A stretch of 64,000 nucleotides of DNA from Eledone cirrhosa (taxonomy: Eukaryota), in NCBI GenBank assembly GCA_964016885.1, contig OZ024744.1, positions 94,178,001 to 94,242,000 on the forward strand, read 5' to 3'. Within the stretch, counting starts at the first letter, position 1; each line of letters starts with the position of its first letter. The notes beneath the pieces were generated by a model. It did not search any database. It had not been told where the DNA came from and was given only the letters and a program-made list of their open reading frames with translations. Of the stretch, positions 50,691-64,000 are shown in pieces. The position numbers and the translations under genes are program-made.

Positions 50691-51129
50691 TAATATATAT
50701 ATATATATATCATGGCTTAATGGTTAGAGCATTGGGCTTGCAATCGAAAGGTTGTGAGTTCAATTCTCGGACTGGGTGATGTGTTATTTCCTTGAGTAAG
50801 ACACTTTATTTCACATTGCTCCAGTTTACTCAGCTGTAGAAATGAGATGATAGGGATTGGGGTCCCTATCATTCCACTCCAAAGTGGTCATGGAGGTGCC
50901 ACGGCAAAAAAGCACCCAGCACTCACTGTAAAAGAGGTTGGTGTTAGGAAGGGCATTCATCTGTAGAAATCAAGCCAGAATCAGTTCCCGTATGAGCAAG
51001 ACAAGGTCAGCTGACCGGACATTGCCCACAAGACAACCCGTCTAACCCATACTAGCATGGAAGAACAGACGTAAAAAACGGTGAAAAACATGATGGATTC
51101 TCCAATCAATTTTAACATATAAAGATCTG

Positions 51130-51700
51130 AACAACCTATTCAGTTCATACAGTTTATATGTTTATGTTGAACACGACATTTTAGACCTACTAAGGATCTG
51201 CAAACAAGTCCGCAGATCATGCAAGGGTGAGGTTTAGAGGACAATATTGCTAGTATGTTTGATAATGCTTTTCTCCTCCCTCTTGCTTCTTGTAGCCTAT
51301 GGATACAACCGGACTCAAAGTTCCTGATACCATTATGACACACAGATCTCCAGTTCTTCTGCTCCAAGGCCACTTACTGAAGTATGTCATAAGATATATT
51401 GGTTGCTGAAAGATTACTCTTCAGCTTGTATTTGTACTAGAGCTATGGCCACCCAACATTTCTATATCCACTGTCAAGCTGGCTGTACATGAGGACTTTT
51501 AGTATTCTTTTGTCACTCATTCTGATGACATAACCAGCCCAGCGCAGTTGGGATTTCATAAGAAAGGTCTCAATGCCTCCAATCTAACAGTTAGAGAAGA
51601 GGTCAGCATTAAATATTTTGTCTTCGAGTGTATAATCATAGATTGCATGAAGACGGTCTTTCTGAAAGTTATCTAGCTGGTTGATGCACATTACCAAATG
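51130..51700 (-). mobile_element. RTE (BovB-like) 3' fragment
   Basis: QLRWAG.V.RM..RI.K..Y..L and terminal CMICGLVC..HKH. Confidence 0.7.
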
Positions 51701-51779
51701 TACATATCTACATATTGAGTGTAGATGTGTATATGTGTATGTATGTGGGCATGCGTATGTATATGTATTCATATGTATG

Positions 51780-52110
51780 TGTTAAAGTGGTCATGTAGGT
51801 GTCACAACTCAGAGTACCCAGCGCACACTGTAAAATGGTAGTGTGGGTGTCATGACAAAAAACACCTAGCACACACTGTAAAGTGGTCAAGTAGGTGTCA
51901 CAACAAAAAGCATCCAGCCCACACTGTAAAGTAGTAGTGTGGGTGTCACGACAAAAAGCACCTAGCACACACTGTAAAGTGGTCAAGTAGGTGTCACAAC
52001 AAAAAGCATCCAGCCCACACTGTAAAGTAGTAGTGTGGGTGTCACAACAAAAAGCACCTAGCACACACTGTAAATGTGGTTGGCATTAGGAAGGGCATCC
52101 AGCCATAGAA
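51780..52110 (+). repeat. Minisatellite from the LINE/SINE 3' UTR module: 48-bp units alternating as a 96-bp dimer
   Basis: cacactgtaaagt..gtgtcacaacaaaaagca recurs every ~48 bp, then runs into ttaggaagggcatcc. Confidence 0.85.
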
Positions 52111-53099
52111 ACATTCATTCCCCTGTTGGTCATCCAGGTGGTCACCAGCATTGACTTATAGCATGGAGGTTTGTCCTCGTGGAACCACCACTCTCCTCTC
52201 CTTGAACCTTATTAGAACTTCAAGGTAATACTTCTTATTGATAGTTTGACCCTCAGGAACCCATTCAATGTGAATTAGCCGCTGGTAGTCAAAGAAGGAA
52301 TAACCATTGCCTTCTCTTATGGCCTGCTCATCTTTGCCTTCTTGGATCTAGAGGAGGACTTGTGCTTCTACTGGGCACTCTGACATTTGCTCTCATGTTC
52401 ATAGGTGAATGAATACTCAGCTCTTGTCGCAAATCACTACTTTATTTAGAAAGCCAGAATCAGCCTCTATCATATCAAGAATGTCAGTGCAACATTCCTT
52501 ATGAAACTACATTTTGTCATTGAAGATCTTTGGCATAGATTATGTGGAGCTCCAGATCTTTGGTCAGATTTGTCTCCACTGTGCCAATGGTAATACCATC
52601 AGCTTCAAATATCATCCTCACAGTAGCTTGATGGTCTTACATCACTAACCTCCACACTTCCTCAATGTTTTCCTCCTTTTGTGTGCTGGTCTGTGCTCCA
52701 GATCTGCATTCATCCTCAACCAGTGCATTTCCTTCAGAAAACTAGTTAAAATATCTCAACTGTAGGTAGTAACTTGCCTTGTTCATAATTTAACCCAATA
52801 GGCCTCCTCTAACATTCTATAGGCTTCTTGTTTGGTTTTCTTATGTTTAACACAAAATTTGCTGGCATAATGTTGCTCCATGTTTCCCTGCATCTTGACA
52901 CAAGTTGACAGAGAATCAGATCACACAAGTGTCACCACATACACTGCTGTGCTCCAACCTAGACAGATAGGAAGTTGCCAGTTAGTCACTTTATACATTA
53001 CATGTAAGTCTACTTCACCATGAAGTAACATTCTAATTGAATGATACTTAATGCCTCTCCTGAAATTTTCTCATTATTTATTGAACATTTATATATAAC

Positions 53100-55400
53100 A
53101 ACAACAAGCATTTTAAGGTCATGCTGGGGTTAACCTTGCAGGCCTCATAACATACTTCTCTACTTTTCCCCATCATCTGCATCCTCCTCAACAACATTCT
53201 GATTTTCATTTCATCTTCCATTATATTTAACCATGTCTTTTTTTGGTCTTCCTCTGCTTCCTTCCACATATATTCCCACCACTCCTCTCACCCAGTCACT
53301 TTCATTTTTTCTCAACATATAACCCAACCATATCATTCCATTTCTCTTCATAACATTCATCACTGGCTCCCATTTACATTACCAGTCACTTTCATCCTTC
53401 CTCAACACCTGACCTAACCATCTCACTCCATTTGCCATTGGCTCCTATTTCAATCCTTCCTCTCACCCAGACACTTTCACCCTTCCTCAACACCTGACCC
53501 AACCATCTCACTCCATTTGCCATTGGCTCCTATTTCAATCCTTCCTCTCACCCAGACACTTTCACCCTTCCTCAACACCTGACCCAACCATCTCACTCCA
53601 TTTGCCATTGGCTCCTATTTCAATCCTTCCTCTCACCCAGACACTTTCACCCTTCCTCAACACATGACCTAACCATCTCACTCCATTTGCCATTGGCTCC
53701 TATTTCAATCCTTCCTCTCACCCAGACACTTTCACCCTTCCTCAACACCTGACCCAACCATCTCACTCCATTTGCCATTGGCTCCTATTTCAATCCTTCC
53801 TCTCACCCAGTCACTTTCATCCTTCCTCAACACATGACCCAACCATCTCACTCCATTTGCCATTGGCTCCTATTTCAATCCTTCCTCTCACCCACTCACT
53901 TTCATCCTTCCTCAACACATGACCCAACCATCTCACTCCATTTGCCATTGGCTCCTATTTCAATCCTTCCTCTCACCCACTCACTTTCATCCTTCCTCAA
54001 CACATGACCCAACCATCTCACTCCATTTGCCATTGGCTCCTATTTCAATCCTTCCTCTCACCCAGTCACTTTCATCCTTCCTCAACACATGACCCAACCA
54101 TCTCACTCCATTTGCCATTGGCTCCTATTTCAATCCTTCCTCTCACCCAGTCACTTTCATCCTTCCTCAACACATGACCCAACCATCTCATTCCATTTCT
54201 CTTCACAACATTCATCACTGGTTCTATTCCCATCATTCTTCTGCAAATCATTGTCTTCCTCTCTCTCAGCAATACTCCACTCATCCACCAAACCATTCTC
54301 ATTTCTATTCTTTCCAACCTTCTCTATTGTTTAACCCATTAGCATTTAAACCGGCCATATCCGGCCAGAATTCTCTCACTTCTTTTTGTTCAAACTGGCC
54401 ACTCATACTGATCTTAAGGTATTGTTCTCAAAGTAAATAATATCAAAATCTTATAGATTCGAATTTATATGGGGTAAAACTTTTACTGTGAAAATTTAAT
54501 AGTAAATATAAAGTAATGTAAATGCTAAAGGGTTAATGTTTACCATCCATGTCTTTTCCCCATAAATCACGGCACATCTCACACATGCACTAAACACCTA
54601 TCCCTTCCATTTAAGCACCATTCCCCTCCACATTAGCAAATCACTCAGTTCCTGGAATTTCTTCCATGCACATCTCACTCCAGCTACAATCACAAAGTTT
54701 GATACATGGTAACAAAATGTTTTCACACCTTCCATCTTCACACCATTCCCGAGATCCAGCTCAACATCCTCTCCATCTGTAATATCCTCCATACACACTT
54801 TACACTTAAATGTAGCTGCCACATTATTTAATAATCCCTTCACACCACTACATTCTTAATATACCTACCCAGTGTATATCTTAACTATAATAAAGAAAGG
54901 AGTGCAGGACTGCGTCCAGAATATAATTTTTTATCCTGTTTGTAAAATAAGTTGGATTACTTTGAATAAATAATGAATGAATATTACATAATTTATTTGT
55001 TAAATTTCGTAGCTTTTGATTTTATTGCTTATTTAAAGATTCACATCCTAACCAAATAAACAACTTCTTCTTATCCCTATAATAATCCCTCTTGTAATAT
55101 CTCACAATAAAAAAGTACATCAGCTGTTCCTTTTCCAGCACAAATCCAAATTTCATCAATATTCACATTTTCCTCCTATTCTTTTCTCTAATACATTTTC
55201 CAGTATATTCCTTCCATGTTCCAATTGCTTAATTGGTCTATATTAACCACAGTCTAAAGGATCACCTTTCACTTTGTACAAGGTGATGAGAGTACGCAAC
55301 TCCCAATCTGCTGAAAAACCGACTTTTTTCACTATTAACCTATAGATATCTGTCATCCTCTCCACACTTCAACTTCCTGCTGTCTTTAACATATCACCCA
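53100..55400 (-). mobile_element. Degraded RTE LINE interrupted by an 85-bp tandem array and a piggyBac MITE (54335-54532)
   Basis: EMRMVWWM..MRWLGHVLRK, AGVRCAWKKFQEL and YK.KGDP motifs. Confidence 0.75.
53381..54195. repeat. 85-bp tandem repeat (~9.5 copies) derived from the RTE RWLGHVLR region
   Basis: Units start at 53466, 53551, 53636, 53721 ... 54146. Confidence 0.95.
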
Positions 55401-56610
55401 AAGGTAAGGGGGAAAGAGAGGAGGCAAACTACACCCTTAGCTGGACAGTGCATCTCATCTGTGGCTCAAGAACAAGATGATGAAAGGATTAAATAGTTGC
55501 ATGTTAACTCCTGCATGAAAGGATAACATCCTAGAGAGGAAGGACTGGGTGTCGTGGTTAGTATAGGGTCTAGAGATTTGTACATAATATGGGTGATGAA
55601 GGGATGGGAGAAGAATGAGATGGGAGTGCCTAAGTAAATGTAGCTTGAGGCCAGTCAGATCTGAGGAGTAGATGCCATTATGGCAGCTGGAATGTGTCTG
55701 ATTTTTCCTCGATATGATCTAGGATGTTTGTATGTGTGGTAGCAGTACTGTCCTAAATGTTAGAGCAGTGCTCTATGGGTAATACCTGATCTTTGTAGGA
55801 GGTCAGTATTTTCTGGCCCTGAAGAGAAGAACCATCATCATCATCATCATCATCATCATCATTTTACGTCTGCTTTTCAAGGGTGGGACGGGAACTGATT
55901 CTGGCTTGATTTCTACAGCTGGATGCCCTTCCTAACACCAACCTCATTTACAGTGAGTGCTGGGTGCTTTTTTTCCGTGGCACCTCCACGACCACTTTGC
56001 AGTGGAATGATATGGACCCCAGTCCCTATCATCTCATTTCTACAGCTGAGTAAACTGGAGCAATGTGAAATAAAGTGTCTTGCTCAAGGAAACAACACAT
56101 CACCCGGTCTGAGAAAAACTATTTTTTAAAATAATATTCTAGCTATGTTTAGGATGTGTGTTTGCCATCCTCAGTGATAGCAAGGCCTGGCATTTGAAGT
56201 GAAGAGGCTTCTAATTGTGTGCTTAACATGTTTAAGGGTGTAGCAGTGCATTTATGTTTTAGTTCCATACACTTACAATGAACAATAACAAAAATTAATC
56301 AGATCTGTCACTGGTTGTTTTTGGTCATTTGAATTGGTAACTGGTCTGTGGTCATGCTGGGACAAAGTCAAAGAGTTTTACTAATCATATTGATCCCAGT
56401 ACTTACATAAATCTATTATCATATCTATCTTTATTTGCATTATGGGACAGAAGCCAGAAAACGCACTAAATATTAACATATTTCAAATAATATATTTACC
56501 CCGAGTTGGAATTATTATTTTCCAAGAAATTGTCCACTGACTGAATCATTTCTTTCAAGTACTACTCATGGTGTGTATGTATGTGTGCGTATATATATAT
56601 GGTATGGTAT

Positions 56611-57817
56611 GGTCCCGTAACTCCTGATAGTCATAGAGGCGCCATATTGACATATGGTGTTTCTTAAGCATTTTAAACCTGGCGGGGCCATCCTTCTCCA
56701 GGCCTGAGTACAGCTGATTTATCCAGAGAGAGGAAGAATTGTCCCCAGTACTTGGCTGGTACTTTTTTTATCAAACTCAAAGGGATGAAAGGCAAAGTTG
56801 ACCTCGGCGGGATTTCAACTCAGAGAGCAGAGAGCTGGAACGAATACCATAAAGCATTCTATCTGACGTTCTAATGATTACCAATTTACCGCCTATATTT
56901 ATATCATTGTCATTTTAACATAAGCTTTCCCTGTTAGCAAAGGTTGGATGGATCCATGTAGACTAAGTCAGTACTGAAACAGAGCCACTGATCTCCCAGG
57001 CAGGCCAGGAATCTGTCTAACTCATGTACAGTCGCACATTCCATCTAGTGCTCAGGAGAGGTTGTCATGCCTTTGTCTGCTGAGCTTTCTATGGATGGAT
57101 GTCCTTCCTATCACCAACCACTTGTACTGGGTGTGTTTATTGTGTAGATCACCAACACTCGGGAGACTGTCATGTCTTTGACATGACTGAAGGGTCTTCC
57201 TCACCCTTTGTTTCTTTAGAAAGTTCTCCAAAATGTTTGCAAAATTTATGAAAAAAATGAAGGATTCATAAAAACAATATCTATTTTAAATTTAAATCAA
57301 ATGTTTATTGATGACAAATTATTGTTGATAACATTATCTTTTTCTGATGTTACATTGGCAGTGTTGTTAAAGTGTTCGATAGAATTTTTTGCAATAGTCC
57401 TTCAAATTCTCTCTGCCAAGGTCATCACTGTCTTTTATTCATTTTGGATTGATGAATAAAATCTATCCAGTACTGGAGTTGCCTTTTCTTTTCTCCTTCT
57501 GTCTTTCCCTGAAGTTATTTAGCTATAGTCAGACCTGGAGCGTGTTGTTAGAGCATTAGAATTCTTTGTGGTATTCCTTCCAATTTTCTAAACTCAAATT
57601 CTGTCGAAATAAACTTTCTTCCTTTTTATGGGATTGATAAAATACCAATCCAGTACTGGAGTTGTTCTCTTTCATCCATCTCTATTGTTTGTCTTTTCTC
57701 CATGGTTAAATTGACTGTAGTCAGACCTGGAGAGAGTTGGGCTCTGCTGGGTTTATAATGCCCATGTTGCACCATATGTTACGACAGCGCCATTAGGACT
57801 ATCAGGAGTTATGATCA
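56611..57817. mobile_element. Old DNA transposon with ~110-bp diverged TIRs and nested SINE/LINE tails
   Basis: taactcctgatagtc..ggcgc..acatatggtg mirrored by caccatatgt..gcgcc..gactatcaggagtta. Confidence 0.6.
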
Positions 57818-58310
57818 CATGGTCAGCAAGTTAATACTTTTACCCTTTTTCACGTTTTTTGGTATTCATATTTTTGAATTGCAAGTTTTGTGTTTTCCTT
57901 CTGTGATTCTTCTGTAACTTGAAATCAAAAATATATGTAAATACCTCAAATATATAAATTATATATTGATGTCTAAGATTTCTCTCACTCTGGAATTTGG
58001 TGTGGGATTTAGCACCTTTCTCTTTGGAATTTAAGAATGATGTAATTTAGCTTCAGTTTCATATTACTTCACAGTTATATATTGGTATTTCAGTGTGACT
58101 TACTTCTTGTTCAGAACCCGAGCCCAAGTAAACCTTGATGTGAAATTAGTAAAGAAACGGCAAATTCTTGCTAGCTTTAATCTCAAAGCTGTTTTTGAGA
58201 CAAATCTTATAAGTCGGTGCCTTACACCCTGCATTCGGACTCATTGCCTGTCTCTCGTTAGCTAAAATAACTTCGTCAAACACGATTTCTTCAATTTTGT
58301 GGCTATCCAT

Positions 58311-61300
58311 TATAACTTTTGCTGAGCTGTTATAAAATAACTTTTACTGAGATGTTGTTATAAAATAACTTTCACTGAGTTGTTATAAAATAACTTTCAC
58401 TGAGTTGTTATAAAATAGCTTTTACTTAGTTGTTATAAAATAACTTTCAATGAGTTGTTATAAAATAACTTTCACTGAGTTGTTATAAATAACTTTCACT
58501 AAGTTGTTATAAAATAACTTTCAATGAGTTGTTATAAAATAACTTTTACTGAGTTGTTATAAAATAGCTTTTACTTAGTTGTTATAAAATAACTTTCAAT
58601 GAGTTGTTATAAAATAACTTTCAATGAGTTGTTATAAAATAACTTTCACTGAGTTGTTATAAATAACTTTCACTAAGTTGTTATAAAATAACTTTCAATG
58701 AGTTGTTATAAAATAACTTTTACTGAGTTGTTATAAATAACTTTCACTAAGTTGTTATAAAATAACTTTCACTGAGTTGTTATAAAATAACTTTCACTGA
58801 GTTGTTATAAAATAACTTTCACTAAGTTGTTATAAATAACTTTCACTAAGTTGTTATAAAATAACTTTCACTAAGTTGTTATAAATAACTTTCACTGAGT
58901 TGTTATAAAATAACTTTCACTGAGTTGTTATAAATAACTTTCACTGAGTTGTTATAAAATAACTTTCACTAAGTTGTTATAAAATAACTTTCACTGAGTT
59001 GTTATAAAATAACTTTCACTGAGTTGTTATAAAATAGCTTTTACTTAGTTGTTATAAAATAACTTTCAATGAGTTGTTATAAATAACTTTCACTGAGTTG
59101 TTATAAATAACTTTCACTAAGTTGTTATAAAATAACTTTCAATGAGTTGTTATAAATAACTTTCACTGAGTTGTTATAAATAACTTTCACTAAGTTGTTA
59201 TAAATAACTTTCACTAAGTTGTTATAAATAACTTTCACTAAGTTGTTATAAAATAACTTTCACTGAGTTGTTATAAATAACTTTCACTGAGTTGTTATAA
59301 AATAACTTTCAATGAGTTGTTATAAAATAACTTTCACTGAGTTGTTATAAATAACTTTCACTGAGTTGTTATAAATAACTTTCACTGAGTTGTTATAAAT
59401 AACTTTCACTGAGTTGTTATAAATAACTTTCACTGAGTTGTTATAAAATAACTTTCACTGAGTTGTTATAAATAACTTTCAATGAGTTGTTATAAAATAG
59501 CTTTTACTTAGTTGTTATAAAATAACTTTTAATAAGTTGTTATAAAATAACTTTCAATGAGTTGTTATAAAATAGCTTTCACTGAGTTGTTATAAAATAA
59601 CTTTCAATGAGTTGTTATAAAATAGCTTTCACTGAGTTGTTATAAAATAACTTTTACTTAGTTGTTATAAAATAACTTTCAATGAGTTGTTATAAAATAG
59701 CTTTTACTTAGTTGTTATAAAATAACTTTTAATAAGTTGTTATAAAATAGCTTTTACTGAGTTGTTATAAAATAGCTTTTACTGAGTTGTTATAAAATAG
59801 CTTATACTGAGTTGTTATAAAATAACTTTTACTGAGTTGTTATAAAATAACTTTTAATAAGTTGTTATAAATAACTTTCACTGAGTTGTTATAAAATAAC
59901 TTTCACTGAGTTGTTATAAATAACTTTCAATGAGTTGTTATAAAATAGCTTTTACTTAGTTGTTATAAAATAACTTTTAATAAGTTGTTATAAAATAACT
60001 TTCAATGAGTTGTTATAAAATAGCTTTCACTGAGTTGTTATAAAATAACTTTCAATGAGTTGTTATAAAATAGCTTTTACTTAGTTGTTATAAAATAACT
60101 TTTAATAAGTTGTTATAAAATAGCTTTTACTGAGTTGTTATAAAATAGCTTTTACTGAGTTGTTATAAAATAGCTTATACTGAGTTGTTATAAAATAACT
60201 TTTACTGAGTTGTTATAAAATAACTTTTAATAAGTTGTTATAAATAACTTTCAATGAGTTGTTATAAAATAACTTTTAGTGAATTGTTATAAAATAGCTT
60301 TACTGAGTTGTTATAAAATAACTTTTAGTGAGTTGTTATAAAATAGCTTTACTGAGTTGTTATAAAATAACTTTTAATAAGTTATAAAATAACTTTTAAT
60401 AAGTTGTTATAAAATAACTTTTAATAAGTTGTTATAAAATAACTTTCACTGAGTTGTTATAAAATAACTTTTACTGAGTTGTTATAAAATAACTTTTACT
60501 GAGTTGTTATAAAATAACTTTTACTGAGTTGTTATAAAATAGCTTTCACTGAGTTGTTATAAAATAACTTTCAATAAGTTATTATAAAATAGCTTTTACT
60601 GAGTTGTTATAAAATAACTTTTACTGAGATGTTATAAAATAACTTTTACTGAGTTGTTATAAAATAACTTTTAAAGAGTTGTTATAAAATAACTTTCACT
60701 GAGTTGTTATATAATAACTTTTACTGAGTTGTTATAAAATAACTTTCAATGAGTTGTTATAAAATAACTTACTCTGAGCTGTTATAAAATAACTTTTAAT
60801 AAGTTGTTATAAAATAGCTTTTACTGAGTTGTTATAAAATAGCTTTTACTGAGTTGTTATAAAATAACTTTCACTGAGTTGTTATAAAATAACTTTCACT
60901 GAGTTGTTATATAATAACTTTTACTGAGTTGTTATAAAATAGCTTTTACTGAGTTGTTATAAAATAACTTTCACTGAGTTGTTATAAAATAACTTTTACT
61001 GAGTTGTTATAAAATAACTTTCACTGAGTTGTTATAAAATAACTTTCACTGAGTTGTTATAAAATAACTTTCACTGAGTTGTTATAAAATAACTTTTACT
61101 GAGTTGTTATAAAATAACTTTCACTGAGTTGTTATAAAATAACTTTCACTGAGTTGTTATAAAATAACTTTCACTGAGTTGTTATATAATAACTTTTTCT
61201 GAGTTGTTATAAAATAGCTTTTACTGTGTTGTTTTAAATAACTTTTAAAGAGTTGTTATAAAATAACTTTCACTGAGTTGTTATATAATAACTTTTACTG

Positions 61301-61407
61301 AGTTGTTATAAAATAACTTTTAATAAGTTGTTATAAAATAACTTTCAATGAGTTGTTATAAAATAACTTACTCTGAGCTGTTATAAAATAACTTTCAATA
61401 AGCTGTT
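58311..61407. repeat. Satellite array, 24-25-bp unit TTGTTATAAAATAACTTTCACTGAG, roughly 125 copies
   Basis: Uninterrupted tandem units with recurring variants; diverged units at both edges. Confidence 0.97.
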
Positions 61408-61621
61408 AGGAGATGGCTTTCTCTAAACTGATAAGAAATTACTTTCTCTAAGCTGTAAAGAAGTGATACCTTCGCAGAACGGCTATGAAATGACGTTCTT
61501 TACCTTGTAAATTTTTAGTCATATCTATTATGATGTAATAAGCTAAAAAATACACATACACATTGTGTATATGTATATTTATTTTATTTATATATATGTA
61601 TGTGTGTATATACATATATGA

Positions 61622-61669
<48 letters not shown>

Positions 61670-61721
61670 TCACACATACATATACATTTGTATATATATT
61701 CACATACATATATGTGTATCG

Positions 61722-61782
<61 letters not shown>

Positions 61783-61829
61783 AACACAAGCATGTGTATT
61801 TATATATATATATACACAAATATCATCCA

Positions 61830-62180
61830 TTTCTCCCTTCTTCTTTGCCCATTCATTCCTGAAAGGGTCGTGCGGACAGAGTCCTCAAACACTCCTTCCA
61901 GCTGGTCCTGTCAGAAGCAACCATCTCCAACTTATCTGGCTTGATCCCCAATTGTGACCAGCCAAGCTCATGGATGTTATCCAACCATCTTGCTAGGGGG
62001 TCTGCTCCTGGGTGTTCAGCCGGTTGGTTTTACCCGTAAAATCTGTCCAGCAATTCTTTCCTGAGACATTCTAACCACACGCCCACAGTATTGGAGCTGT
62101 GATCTCTCAATTCTGAGAAGGAGCTGCCCTACCTAGAGTGGCTCTCTGATCTCTGCGCTATGCACTCCATTGTATTGTTT
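61830..62180 (-). mobile_element. RTE LINE 3' fragment
   Basis: Reverse-complement homolog of 48480-48860. Confidence 0.75.
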
Positions 62181-62589
62181 CCCTAAAAAAAAAAAAATGG
62201 ACAATAAAATGCACTCAGTAGATTGCAGGAATGTATGTAAGCAAGATGCAGGCACCCAGCCATCTAGGAGATCTGTAGCTTCTCTTTTGTATTGATTCAG
62301 TCTCTGGACACCCCCCACACACAACACTTGTTAGCAAGGAAGATGGATTTTGGATGATGATGATGATGATGTGGGGTGGGTGGGTGGGTGGGTCAGCCAG
62401 AGTTAGAGCAGGGTGGCAACAATTTATGAGCTGCTATTACTGCTACAAAAGAATTTTATCTCAAAATGAAAAGGAGATTGTATGATGCTTTTGTGCAAAC
62501 ACCAATGATGCATAGTGATGAGATTTGCAGAAATTGGAAGGAAATGAGACATGTCTGTTCCCATGGATTTGTAACAGAGATGTATATGA

Positions 62590-62806
62590 ATAATGGTTTC
62601 TGATTTAGGCACAGGGCCAGCCATTTTGGGGGAGGGCAAAGTTGATTAAATCGACCCCCAGTGCATTACTGGTGTTTTACTTTATCGACCCCGTAAGGAT
62701 GAAAGGCAAAGTTAACCTTAGTGGGATTTTAACTCAGAGCGTAAAGGGACATGACTCTATGCTGAAAAGCATGGTGTCTGACGCTTTATCGATACTGCCA
62801 ATCCAA
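62590..62806 (-). mobile_element. SINE family A copy
   Basis: Family consensus on the minus strand. Confidence 0.8.
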
Positions 62807-62809
62807 TGA

Positions 62810-63430
62810 ATAATGAAGCATCAAAGAACTAAGAGAAATTGGACATAAGAGGGATCAGATGAAGTGTGTTTGGGAGGAGACAGCAATGTACATGTGATGT
62901 ATATGGAGGTTAACAGCTATATAAAATGTGAAGTAGCTGGAATCTATGGAAGAAGAAGACCCAGGAGACAGCAATGGCATGAACATGTGATGTATATGGA
63001 GGTTAACAGCTACATAAAATGTGAAGTAGTTGGAATCTATGGAAGAGGAAAACCCAGGAGACAGCAATGGCATGAACATGTGATGTATATGGAGGTTAAC
63101 AGCTACATAAAATGTGAAGTAGTTGGAATCTATGGAAGAGGAAAACCCAGGAGACAGCAATGGCATGAACATGTGATGTATATGTAGGTTAACAGCTACA
63201 TAAAATGTGAAGTAGTTAGAATCTATAGAAGAGGAAAACTCGGGGAAACTTGGGATGATGCTATTGAAGCTAACCTCCCGATGAGCTAAATAAAATGTGA
63301 AGTAGTTGGAATCTATGGAAGAGGAAGACCCAGGGAAACTTGGGATGATCTTATTGAAGCTAACCTCCTGCCAAAAGAGATGATACAAGATCAACTTCAT
63401 CAGCAACATTCCGTATTGCTGAAGAAAACC
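62810..63430 (+). repeat. RTE C-terminal fragment with an in-frame 93-bp tandem amplification
   Basis: Units at 62964, 63057 and 63150 encode RRQQWHEHVMYMEVNSYIKCEVVGIYGRGKP, a decayed RLRWYGHVMR...GRP segment. Confidence 0.85.
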
Positions 63431-64000
63431 CACCTTTTTATGTGTACAGGATGAAATAAGCATGGAGAGGGTGGTAGTGAAGAAGTGGGACAACACTTAG
63501 ATCCCCACCTGCTAGTTTACATTAATCTCCTTTATACACTATCCACCATCTTAATACTCCCCTGTCTTTATTATCTAAGTACCCAACTTCAAACCCTCCT
63601 CCGCTCACATCTCTCACCTTGTTTGCCAAATTCCTTCCAGCATTGAAAGACAGCCTCCTCTCTCTCTCTCTTCTAGCCCAACCCAACTCATACCAACAAA
63701 CAACGATAGACACACCCTCAGCTTCCACATTCACATTCAACTCATGCGAACATGGAAGGCAAGCTCCTCTGCATGCCATGATAAAATGTTTGGGTGGGCT
63801 TGGGATGAGCATCCAGTCATGGAGGCCATACCAGAAGAGAATATGAACTAGACTTAACCACCTGTTCAGCCTAGCCTCAGAGCATGACAGATGTTTAACG
63901 ACGTTGTATTCCCTTCCTATCCCTTGACTTATCCCCGATACACCTTTCTCGTATATAACCTGTGCATGGAAAACTATGCAGTGTGTTACAATCTAATGAG

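Noticed and set aside
58104-58310. Minus-strand exon starting with an ATG at the satellite edge and ending at GTAAGT
   Set aside because: The ATG frame has an in-frame TAA before the donor and no recognisable homology.
58311-61407. CRISPR-like array
   Set aside because: Units are directly adjacent with no unique spacers, there are no cas genes, and the context is eukaryotic.
62855-63496. 213-aa repeat protein gene
   Set aside because: It is the antisense reading of a tandemly amplified RTE fragment, with no independent gene evidence.

Overview
AT-rich eukaryotic (animal) genomic DNA, almost entirely transposon- and microsatellite-derived. The repeat mix (tRNA-derived SINEs, RTE LINEs with (GAT)n tails, long (TA)n tracts) suggests a mollusc, probably a cephalopod; this is an inference. 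The only credible host-gene pieces are a first coding exon of an RWD-domain protein (minus strand, 22929-23051) and one orphan plus-strand exon candidate (9279-9440). Mobile elements include RTE LINEs carrying a PHD-type finger, Tx1/L1, CRE-like and Penelope fragments, non-autonomous Helitrons, piggyBac/Tc1/hAT MITEs, at least two SINE families and a 3.1-kb 25-bp satellite. The most striking hidden signal is a recurring class of fold-back palindromes beside (TA)n tracts that carry type I hammerhead ribozyme cores. The best example is a ~530-bp palindrome (20912-21439) with an outward-facing hammerhead in each arm. No prokaryotic genes, CRISPR arrays or true rRNA/tRNA genes are supported.
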